From Octopus sinensis (Eukaryota): a stretch of DNA of 19,423 bases. The stretch spans positions 1-19,423 of the forward strand of contig NW_021824217.1 of assembly GCF_006345805.1 (NCBI RefSeq), given 5' to 3'. How positions within the stretch are numbered: the first letter of the stretch is position 1; each line of letters begins with the position of its first letter. Shown here piece by piece: positions 1-8,866 of the stretch. Position numbers and translations under genes: made by a program. The notes beneath the pieces are model-generated. The model was given only the letters and a program-made list of their open reading frames with translations. It did not search any database and was not told the DNA's origin.

Positions 1-100
1 CTTTAGCCCCACAACGCCAGGGGTAAGGTCTGCAGACAGGGAGCCCAAGGCGATTGCAGATACCCAAACGGAGTGAATCTCTATCGAAAAATTATAAATA
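1..100 (-). mobile_element. Possible CRE-like (REL-endonuclease) non-LTR retrotransposon remnant; target of the Tc1 insertion, continuing at 4676 to ~4720
   Basis: Removing 101-4675 and one TA gives a continuous minus frame KIGLRPNTYL*FFDRDSLRLGICNRLGLPVCRPYPWRCGAK. From memory this resembles the CRE-clade C-terminal motif (LD..SLRIAVALRLG.P.C.PH.C.CG). The match is short and by eye. Confidence 0.4.
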
Positions 101-310
101 CACTCCTCGCCAAAAAAAATGATTCAAAATTCATATTTAGTTTTTCTTTAAAAATCTTATAAATATTCTAATTTCAAAAAACTTAGTAGATTATTGTAAT
201 TATTATTATTTAATTTTAATAAAATATTTGTTAATTACATTAATTTGGAAAAATTAAAACATGACACACAATATTTAGTATATGTCAGTGACAAAAAAAA
301 GATTCAAAAA
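101..310 (+). repeat. Left long TIR of the Tc1 (IR/DR type)
   Basis: 101 to ~170 is the reverse complement of 4610-4675, and ~163-310 is the reverse complement of 3213-3360. The motif aaaaaaa(t)gattcaaaa occurs at both ends of the TIR (~112-130 and ~292-310). Confidence 0.9.
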
Positions 311-789
311 ATTATCTAAACAAATATCTCTTTATAAGATTTTAATATCTGTATTTTAGGGAAAATCATATGGATGACTTCATGAAAGGAAAAATTATTG
401 CCTATATGAAACCAAAATGCCATTTCGGGCATTTCTTCAAAAGTCGGGGTACATGAGGCAACATTGTCTAATTTTATCCAACGATACAAGAAGACAGGAA
501 AGATTCATCGAAAACCAGATCTGGACGACCAAAAATACTTAATGAAAATGATTAAAAGAATTGATAAAATATTCTGAAGAAAATCCAACAAAAACATCGA
601 AAGAGATCTCAAATGAATCGGGAAACTAACAAATAAAAAATTTCATCATGAACAATTATAAGAAATCTAAATGAAAATGGTATATTTGGGCGTGTCGCTA
701 AAAATAAACCATTTTTGAACAAAAACACTGAAAAAAGATTGAAATAACGAAAAAATTTTTAACCATATCTGATTGACTAGGGCAACCAA

Positions 790-960
790 AAGTCATATAA
801 GTCATATTATTTTTTATTGGTCAATTGATGCTATTTCTATAATTAATAAACTATTATTATATTTTTTAATAGTTTTATTAATTTTTTTAGGTCTTATAGG
901 TCATTTTTATGCCGTTAGGTCATATTATTTTTAGGTCATATTTTTTTGTTAGGTCACTAT
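790..960 (+). repeat. Left subterminal GGTCATAT-like array of the hAT (right array ~2480-2595)
   Basis: Many aggtcatatt/aagtcatat copies in AT-rich context at both ends of 778-2606. Confidence 0.8.
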
Positions 961-1063
961 TTATATTTATTAAATCATATATTTTTATAATCTTTGTTTA
1001 ATTTGACAATTACACGTTTTACACAGTTTTGGTAGTTGGCCGCTTAAATATTATAGATTTTAG

Positions 1064-2424
1064 ATGCCGAAACAAAAGCAATCTAACAATCAAAAGTTAA
1101 TAAATAATTAAACGATACCCGTCTGAATTTCAGATTGATTCGGCTGGACGTTTATTTTGTTTGAAATGCTCAGTTTTTTTTAATTTTACGAAAACGTTAA
1201 ATGTGGTGCAGCACAGGGAAACTACCCGGCTATAAAAAGGAACAGACAAAATTTCCAAACGCAACTCAACACTCTTCCGAAACTTGAAGCAAAGAAAAAT
1301 TTCGGATTTGCTTAGTCGAAGTGATGACGAAGGCGAATATACCTCTTTACAAATAAGAAATGAACACTTTATTAATTTTTTTTAATAATCTCGGATTTAC
1401 TGTTCCCAGAGAAAGTTGGTGCAGAAATATATTTCCAGATTGCATATCAATTGATTGAAATGCTTAAAACAATTATTTCTGGAAAAGATATATTCATACT
1501 TGTTGATGAAACGGAAATAAATAAACAGAAATTTGTTAACGTTCTTTGTGGGACTATTGAAAGTCCTGAAAAAATTTATTTATTAATTGCTTGGAAATTG
1601 AAATTTGTGATGCATCTGCAATTTGTAGAATTGTAGATGAACAATTCGAATTTATGATATAAAAAGGGAAAATTTTTTATTATTTATTTCTGATGCTGCC
1701 GTTATATGACTTTAGCAGCGAGTACATTGAAGGTTATGTATATTAAAATGATTCATATAACTTGTTTTGCTCATCTTCTGCACAATTGTGCATTAAAGAT
1801 TAGATCACATTATAAATATATTGACGACTTAATCTCGTCTATCAAAATGTCGATTGTAAAAAATCCCTCCCGGAGGAGTCTTTTTACAGTTATTGGACTT
1901 CCACCTGATGTTGTTCTAACAAGATGGGGCAGCTGGTTGGGACGCAGCAAAATATTATAGTCGACATCTTTCAAGAGTTCGCGAAATTGTCTTATCCTAT
2001 TGTGGAAAGATTGTGATGAATACGAAAAATGCTGTTAGCTCTGAAAATTTGGAGAAAAATCTGGGAAGAGTTAATGGCTCATACAACCTATTATTGATGA
2101 AATCAGAAAATGGCAAGAAAAATTTTATACAATTAAAGATGCAATTGAATTCATTGATTCCGGTAATTTTGGTGGGGATAATTGTGACATCAACAAGTAT
2201 TTTTTAAAGTGGATAAGTATGTTACCATGGACGATATTAAAAATGCTAGAATTTCTAGTATTTCTCCAGAAACATTTATTTACTTATGGAAATGTCCTTC
2301 AACATCAATATCTGCAGAAAGAAGCTTTTCTATGCTGAATAAATTGCTCAAAAAGGATAGAAACTTCAAGCCAGAAAATATTAAATATTATATGATGCAA
2401 TATTATAATAAATTCATTGATTGA
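1064..2424 (+). pseudogene. hAT transposase pseudogene (ORF-track pieces 1451-1636, 1706-1960, 2013-2207, 2209-2424)
   Basis: Start MPKQKQS at 1064, then a zinc-finger-like LFCLKC..VVQH. Further motifs are ILVDETE, LLFISDAA, HITCFAHLLH (CxxH), VLTRWGSW and PSTSISAERSFS. Frameshifts and stops throughout. Confidence 0.88.
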
Positions 2425-3212
2425 AATGTTTAATTTTTTCATATTTTCAAATTCAGAATATCTAAAAATCAAAATTCGATAGGTCATTTTTGATTTTTAG
2501 GTTATATTTTAATATTTTTAAGTTATATTTTAGAATTTTAAAGTCATAAAGTCATATTTTTTACGGTCATATTTAACTTTTTTAAGGTCATTTTCTGGTT
2601 GCCCTACTGATGACGAATGGAAAAGTACAATTTTTTCGGATGAATGCGTTTTTCACGTGATTCCAAACAAAACAAGAAAATAGTTTATAGGAAAAGCGGT
2701 GAACAATTTAAGTCTAAAAATATTTCAACAACTGTGAAATTTGGAACAGGTGATTTGGTCTGAAATTTTACAGAACAAAAATAGGGAAACTCATGGTATG
2801 GAGATGTTTTTCTTTTAACGGGTTGGAGAATTAGTTTTTGTTGACGGGATATTAAATTTGGCGAATATTTAAACCTTTTAGCCAACAAGCTACAGAGATC
2901 TGTTGCAAAATGGGACTTTGCGATTTCATTTCAGCAGGACAATGCCACCTTGTCATACTGCTAAGTTAATTATGGATTATTTTGAAAAGAAAACATGATC
3001 TGAACCCAATTGAGCATATATGGGCTCATATGAAGGCTGAATTACGCAAAGTCGATGTAAAAAATGTCAAGAACTAAAGCAGGAACTTCTCCATATTTGG
3101 GAAAATATTCCAAAACATTTATTGAAAAACTTATTCTATCAGTTACAAAACGATGCTGGGAAATTTTTACGGCAAAAGGAGAGCATTCCGATATTAATTA
3201 GGAATGGGTTAA

Positions 3213-3360
3213 TTTTGAATCATTTTTTTCACTGACATATACTAACATATTGTGTGTCATGCTTTTAATTTTTCCAAATTAATGTAATTAACAATATTTT
3301 ATTAAAATTTAAATAATAATAGTTCCAACTAATCTATTAAGTTTTTTTGAAATTAGAATA
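3213..3360 (-). repeat. Inner part of the Tc1 right TIR (outer part at 4610-4675)
   Basis: Reverse complement of ~163-310. Joining it to 4615-4675 restores the mirror of the left TIR with a single GAATA. Confidence 0.9.
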
Positions 3361-4609
3361 TGTCACCGGCCACAACTGTTACTCGCCAGATGTGTTACAC
3401 CAACATCAAATGTCAAGTTGGAAAAAACTTAAAACATGAATCCTTTGGTATATTTCTATGAAATCAAAGAAAACTTATAAATTTTTAAAAATATTGATGT
3501 TTTTTAAATTACAAATACACGTTAAAATGCGTTTAGTGCAAGTAACAAAGGAAGACTTAGAATTACTTAAGGAACTTAAGAGCAATCCTGAGCTCGTATT
3601 CGTCAGCAGGACGCTTTCGCGGATGCAAAGATCAAGACTACTGAATTAGCAAATAAATTTGATTTTTTGGATGGAGCTCCTATATCACTAAAGATGGACT
3701 TAAATTAAGATTTTTCTGCAGCGATGAAGCTGAACTTAAAGATAAATATATTGAAGTTTGCATAATAAATGTTTATTTCAATTGGCTGAACATAATTTGA
3801 ATCATTTTGGTCGAGACCGGTTGTTTTCAAAATTGGCGCGCTTATACCACGGAATATCACGTGCAGAGATCAATCGTGTCATAAAACGATGTATTCCTTG
3901 CCAGGTTTTAAGTTTTTTTTATTAATGCAAAATGATGACATAGAATATTTGGAAGAGGAAAGGAATGAAGCGTATGTAAATATTCTGTTGGCAGCTGATA
4001 AAATGGCTCAGAGAAGAAAATGGAAGTATGACGAGGCTACTTTTAGTGTAGGAGAGATAGTAATCTTAAGGTATTTGGGATGTATAAACATGTAATTTAG
4101 GCAAGATAATGACGCTAACAAACGACAATATCCACTTTATGATGGATTAGAGATGGTGAAATACACAATTGTGGCAAAAGACGATTTTGTAGTAACAATA
4201 CAAAGTGAGACAGGTGACATGTATGAGAAATACATGTTTCACGCTTAATTAAAATTGGGAATGATCCTTCTTTTTTGTGATTCCTTGATAGAAAACGTTT
4301 TAAACTAATAAGAGGCTTTTAAAATTTTTTTTATTAAAAAAAAAGAATAATTATTTAATAAAAAAAAGATATGGATAAGCCAAAATTAAATAGATTGCTA
4401 AATAATTTAAAACTCATATTTTACACGGTATGTTGGTTTTTGGGAAAAAATTCATGTTTCAGTCCAAATTTTTTCTATTCAGAAAAGCATATTTTTGCGA
4501 ACAATTAGGTTATGCTTTGTATTAATTTTTAATTTTAAAAGTTTTTATTTCTATTTATATGAATTTTAGTGTAACATATCTGGCGGAGTAACAGTTGTGG
4601 CCTGTGACA
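3361..4609 (+). mobile_element. Non-autonomous Ginger-like (gypsy-integrase-related) DNA transposon, 1249 bp
   Basis: TIRs TGTCACCGGCCACAACTGTTACTC-GCCAGATGTGTTACAC (3361-3400) and the reverse complement at 4569-4609 (2 mismatches, 1 indel). 5-bp TSD GAATA at 3356-3360 and 4610-4614. Integrase HHCC piece EHNLNHFGRDRLFSKLARLYHGISRAEINRVIKRCIPCQ at 3788-3904 and a C-terminal FSVGEIVILR piece. No DDE core visible. Confidence 0.82.
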
Positions 4610-5264
4610 GAATATTTATAAGATTTTCAAAAAAACTAAATATGAATTTTTGAATCATTTTTTTGTCGAGGAGTGTAAGTATTGGGGCGTAACCCTATCT
4701 TACTTAACGTGCATTTTCTCGCGATTACTGTTTTGAATTTCTTGGTACAAAGGAAGGATTAGAATTGTTGACATTCTGGAAAAAGTTTTTAGAAGTAATG
4801 TTAATATTGTAGGTCTTTTTATGAAGCTCCAACAGTGGATACATTATAAAAAATTCTAATTTTACTATGCTCGAAAATTCAAATCATAACATCTGCCATC
4901 TACAATTAAATAAAATTTAATAAATCACATAACTTTCCATTTATTTCATCTTGTTTATTTCAAATTGAAAAAGATATACTTGAAATAAATGAAGTAGATC
5001 TTACGGGTGTACTTTTTCCGTAAAAGTTTATGATTTACCTTCAAGTATCCAAGAATAGCTTAATCGATTTTTTGGTTTTTTTCCGACAACATATCTCTGT
5101 AAACAAAGACTTATTTAATTCAAAATCAGTCCATCGTGCGAGATCAGTCCATCTTTCACTAACAGATCCAAAAATAGAAGGTTAGTCATTGTCGTATATT
5201 ATATCGTCCGGGCAGTTTATATCGTCCGGGTGATGATTTACATTAATCATCTTTAATCTTAGAC

Positions 5265-5303
5265 ACCAAGGGGTATGCGAAACAAAAAGTTTGAGAACTA
5301 CTG
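5265..5303 (+). mobile_element. Orphan terminus of a Buster/Charlie-like hAT element
   Basis: AGGGGTATGCGAAACAAAAAGTTTGAGAACTACTG; its reverse complement CAGTAGTTCTCAAAC matches the CAGTGGTTCTCAAAC-type end. It is followed by CTCTAATG (NNNTANNN target). The other end was not found in the window. Confidence 0.55.
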
Positions 5304-6537
5304 CTCTAATGTAAAGTTAAATGAATATTAACTAGATATCTAGTCAATTTAAACAACTCATATTTGCAATCAAGGTATGATTTTGCAAATTTATTTAATT
5401 TGTTATTGCTTTGAATAAAGCACATTAATCGATATCTGCCAGAATTTTGAACAGTCTTTCTGGGACGAGTTCGCTGGTTGGGGTGGATTCTAAAATCTAT
5501 TGACTATTACTCGACAGAATAATCATACATTGTGCGGAAATGTGTGTACAGTTAGTGTACAATGCTGCCAGAAAATTCTGTAAATATGGCAGTCTACTCT
5601 CCTTTCACAAGTCCTTATAAAAAATCATAAGATTTACCTTGTACACGACGGACAGTTGGTTACTGCTTTATGAGCTCCGTCTGACCCAAAGGTTCATTAC
5701 GAATGAGGGACCTATTCGTCTTTTCTCTTTTTTGAGTTCATGTCCTACAGATTGGGCGTTCATTCCCCAATTCACATGTTTTAGAGACGGACCATGCTCA
5801 TCGACTACAACCAACACGCATGAACCGCTCAATTATTCTAGCAAAAAATAATTGTGGTGGGAAATTCCTGCTATTCCAGATTCAATGACTATTCCCGCTT
5901 CTGACGAGTAAGATAGATCTTTGATTACGTAAATGAGATGGTTGAGATGGCCTACATCTCCGAAGTGGTGGCTAATAATATCATCCCCAGTCGCTTTCCT
6001 TGCCAGATGTGATTATCTCCACTACTCTTCGCGATCCCCAGTTCCAGTTATAATGATTATCATAAAAGATCTGGGATTATTTCATCCACGGGAATAAGGA
6101 TTTGCCATTCAATATCGACTCTTTCGTTTTGCCCGTTTCCAAATATTAATGACCTGCAACCGAATTGTCTGTATGGGAATCGTGTTCGGATTATATGTAA
6201 GCAGGTGGATTGAATAAAAATACGTGTCATGATAAAACCAGTTTTACCGTTCTGCAAGATGCTAAAATTAATTTTCTTTATAAATATTTTTCAAGGATGG
6301 CGGCCATTTCAAGCACATCGAGGAACAGAAGTGTAGATATATGCAACAGATTTCTTTGTTTCTATATGAAGTTTTTAAAATCGGACTGAAAATAACCTGC
6401 AATTCGAGTTTGTCATAATTATAACAGAAATTAGATAATTTGAGTCATTTTGTCAAGGAGGTCAAACGAGATAAACAAGTGGAGCTTACATCACTCGATT
6501 CTCCACTCTCTAACGTTCTTTAATTTAGCAAACAATT

Positions 6538-8110
6538 TTAGTTAGTTAGCTCTTTCGCGTCGCCCTAGAAGGGTTTCGCCTGAGGAATGCCTAGAGCCAT
6601 GCTCCCCGCCATCTTCACCCACGTTCTTTTGTTTCTGGTCTTCATTCGAGCGTCGTACAGATCGTCCGCCGCGACCAGTTTACCGGCGATTGTTGCGTAG
6701 TTTTTCTTTTAGCATGTTGCAAGCGTATTCCTGGTCGCCCTCGATACTCATGAACTTCCGGAGTGGACATATTCATCCATTATTTTGTTACATGATTTAG
6801 AAGGATATGTCCAAATAGTTGCCATCTCGATAAAATAACGTCCATAATGATTTGTATAGATTTACATATATTGTATAATTTTTCTTGGCCAGAAGATTCT
6901 GATCAGTTTACGGAGTTGGTTTTTATGAAATGCATCTAGCTTCTTTAAATCTTTTTTGAAGAAAATTACAGAGCAATATTGGTTTCACAAAAGTATTATA
7001 TAATCTGATGCAAATTTTCATCGGAAAATGCTTTTTTCTTAAACAGATGTGCAATTTTTTAAAGGATGTTGTGGCAAACATCTTTCCTCGGCATCCTAAA
7101 GTAGTAAGCCAAGTTTTTTGTATGTTTCCAATGCTTGTCATTTCTTGATATTGTTTGTTCGATTCGTGTAAAGTCAGTCTTCTTAATGTTTATACGTAAA
7201 TTCAATTTATTCAATATATTTTTGGCCTTGTGTTAAACTTTGTCAACTATTTCCTGGTCAGTAAAGGCAAAGTATACATCGTCAGCGTATAGTAATTCGG
7301 TAATGTCTTCATATTTGGATCCCAGCTCTCCTCGAAATATATGATGATTAGAATAAGAGATTGAGAATTGTGGAGTGCCCATATTAGTGCTAAATCTCCC
7401 TGACTGCTTAGTTCCAATTTTCACAGATAGATCCGTTTTAGAAAGTAATAGACTTATTAGTCTTAGACAATCTTCTTCAAGTTCCTTTAGAACATTCATG
7501 AGTTTTTCTTAATTAATGCTGTCGAAGGTCTTCGTAAAGTCAAATTCTGAAATGTATATGACTTTTGAGTATTTTTGGCATATTGATGTAAGACATCTAT
7601 GGCTCCACACGATATCCGAGATAGATCTTTTACTTCAAAACCCACGTTGACTTTGAGAAAAGTATTTTTCCATAGGCTCTCGTATCCGGTTAAGCACTAT
7701 AATCGATAAAGTTTTCCTGATGGTTGACAGTAGAATAATTGGCCTTAGTCCATCTAGTAATCTTTCTTTTTTCCAGATTGGTGTATTGGGATTAAGACTA
7801 ATGGAAGGGAACAATGAAACTCCATTGACTCGTTTAATATGTTCCTGATTATATTTCAAACGATAGTCGGGGCGTGTTTTAGTAACTCGCCCGGTATACC
7901 ATCAAGCCCGCTGATCGATTGCCTTTAAGGTGCATGAATGCATTGGTTACTTCCCATGTTATAAATTTGGTTATCGTTTAAGCTTCAATCTAGAAACTGT
8001 CAGTTTGTGGTCACTGTCATTTACCGTTCCTCCACAACTTCTAGCGTCGGACAACAATCTCTATAATGAGATTGGGAAGGTAATATAGTCGATTTGATTG
8101 TATATACACA
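6538..8110 (-). mobile_element. Degenerate LINE copy A (APE endonuclease + RT, RTE/RTEX-like), 5' truncated, with 3' tail
   Basis: Endonuclease YNQIDYI (8082-8099) and SDHKL (~8001-8015). RT pieces LSTIRKTLSIIVLNRI, FTKTFDSI, TNMGTPQ and YADD (7278-7289). C-terminal RWQLFGHIL and YRGRP, then a (CTAA)n tail at 6538-6549. Internal deletions and stops. The clade call is tentative. Confidence 0.88.
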
Positions 8111-8114
8111 GCCT

Positions 8115-8450
8115 TTATTGTTAGCTTTAGACCATTGATTAGAACTTCCGAAAACGTAGTAAGTAAACGACTTCGAAACTTTTCTCTAAGTATTTCAAAG
8201 AATTATTCCATGAAGATATTTTCAGGCGTTTCCTGTTCCATTCTTAGAAGATGTCTAAACAACTACCAACGCATCTCCATGATTAGGGTACAGAAGAGGC
8301 CTGAGTAACATCCTTGATACAATAAAATCCTTTACTTCGTTGGCCGTTATTTCCTTTTCGTTAATTTTTCAATAAGAATATTAAAAAATTTTTCTTTACC
8401 AATATCAGTCTTATTTACTTTTTATGAATTAACAATTTGATTATTTCATT
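8115..8450 (-). mobile_element. Second LINE fragment (copy B), RT C-terminal region of a related but distinct family
   Basis: IHKK*IRLIL, LLYQGC..IMEMRW*LFRHLLRMEQETPENIFME..KFRSRLLTTFSEVL parallels the C-terminus of copy A but is clearly diverged. Boundaries are approximate. Confidence 0.65.
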
Positions 8451-8850
8451 AGCTTGTCTTTCGGCAAAAATTTTGACATTGTTTCGACATTTTAATTCTG
8501 AAGGTAACCCGAATCCAATAGTATAAAAATTTATTAAGGGAGGATATCGTAGTTTATATAATGAAATATTCCCCAAAAAAGAGCTTAAGTTAAATTTAGT
8601 AAAAAATCATTCGTACTAAGAGTAAGGAAAAAACTTTTAAGCCCTTTTTTAGTCTCGTTAATATTTTAAATATATTTGTGATTTTTTAAAAAATGCTACA
8701 AAATATAGCATTGATTACAACATAAAGCTTCACTGGGAAATTGAAAATCATTGGGAAATTAATGGACTTTGCAACTTTTATATATCTAAGCTTATCTTTA
8801 TCTGCATTAAAATAATGTATTCCATTTGATAACTTAAGAAATAACGTAAT

Positions 8851-8856
8851 TTTATT
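8851..8856 (-). promoter_or_regulatory. Candidate AATAAA polyadenylation signal of DNAAF5
   Basis: Plus-strand TTTATT, 10 nt past the TAA stop. The region is AT-rich, so a chance occurrence is possible. Confidence 0.4.
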
Positions 8857-8866
8857 AGCCAAACAG

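Larger units (their letters stand above)
778..2606 (+). mobile_element. hAT transposon, CGGBP1-like/DUF659-type, inserted in the Tc1 transposase
   Basis: TIR TAGGGCAACCA at 778 with its reverse complement ending at 2606. The 8-bp TSD is CTGATGAC at 2607-2614; the left copy CTGATTGAC at 769-777 has one extra T. Subterminal (A/G)GTCATAT arrays at both ends. Confidence 0.9.
405..3196 (+). pseudogene. Tc1 transposase pseudogene (pieces ~405-777 and 2607-3196, interrupted by the hAT)
   Basis: Frameshifted pieces read ISSKVGVHEATLSNFIQRYKKTG..RSGRPK, TIIRNLNENGIFGRVAKNKPFLNKKH, ISDDEWKSTIFSDE (across the empty hAT site), TVKFGT/GKLMVW, FQQDNA, DLNPIEHIWAHMK and a GEH..Y* C-terminus. There are multiple stops and indels. 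Confidence 0.9.
101..4675 (+). mobile_element. Tc1-family (DD34E-type) DNA transposon, degenerate, with two nested insertions
   Basis: TA at 99-100 and 4676-4677 flanks inverted termini CACTCCTCG...CGAGGAGTG. TIRs are ~210 bp and Tc1 transposase remnants lie inside. Length after removing both inserts and their TSDs is ~1.48 kb. Confidence 0.92.

Noticed and set aside
790-2595. Short repeated GGTCATAT motifs as a CRISPR or satellite array
   Set aside because: There is no constant repeat length or unique spacers, the context is eukaryotic, and they are explained as hAT subterminal repeats.
2305-2888. Minus-strand ORFs 2305-2487 and 2685-2888
   Set aside because: They are antisense to the hAT and Tc1 transposase remnants.
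3361-4609. Solo LTR or LTR retrotransposon (TG..CA ends, 5-bp TSD)
   Set aside because: The ends are 40-bp inverted repeats enclosing integrase coding remnants. No direct LTRs, gag or RT are present.
4730-4800. FEFLGTKEGLELLTFWKKFLE resembling an RGS-domain helix
   Set aside because: The match is too short, stops surround it, and no extendable model exists.
6120-6240. NWFYHDTY..RLQVINIWKRAKRK resembling a TALE/Six homeodomain
   Set aside because: The spacing is wrong and the WFxNxR core is missing.
6297-6307. Near-palindrome ATGGCGGCCAT resembling a YY1 site (also CCGCCATCTT near 6607)
   Set aside because: These are short motifs with no linked gene start, and the second lies inside the LINE 3' region.
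8330-8370. Possible endonuclease RNENG-like motif extending LINE copy A
   Set aside because: The flanking frames match an RT C-terminus, so this stretch belongs to copy B or an AT-rich insert.
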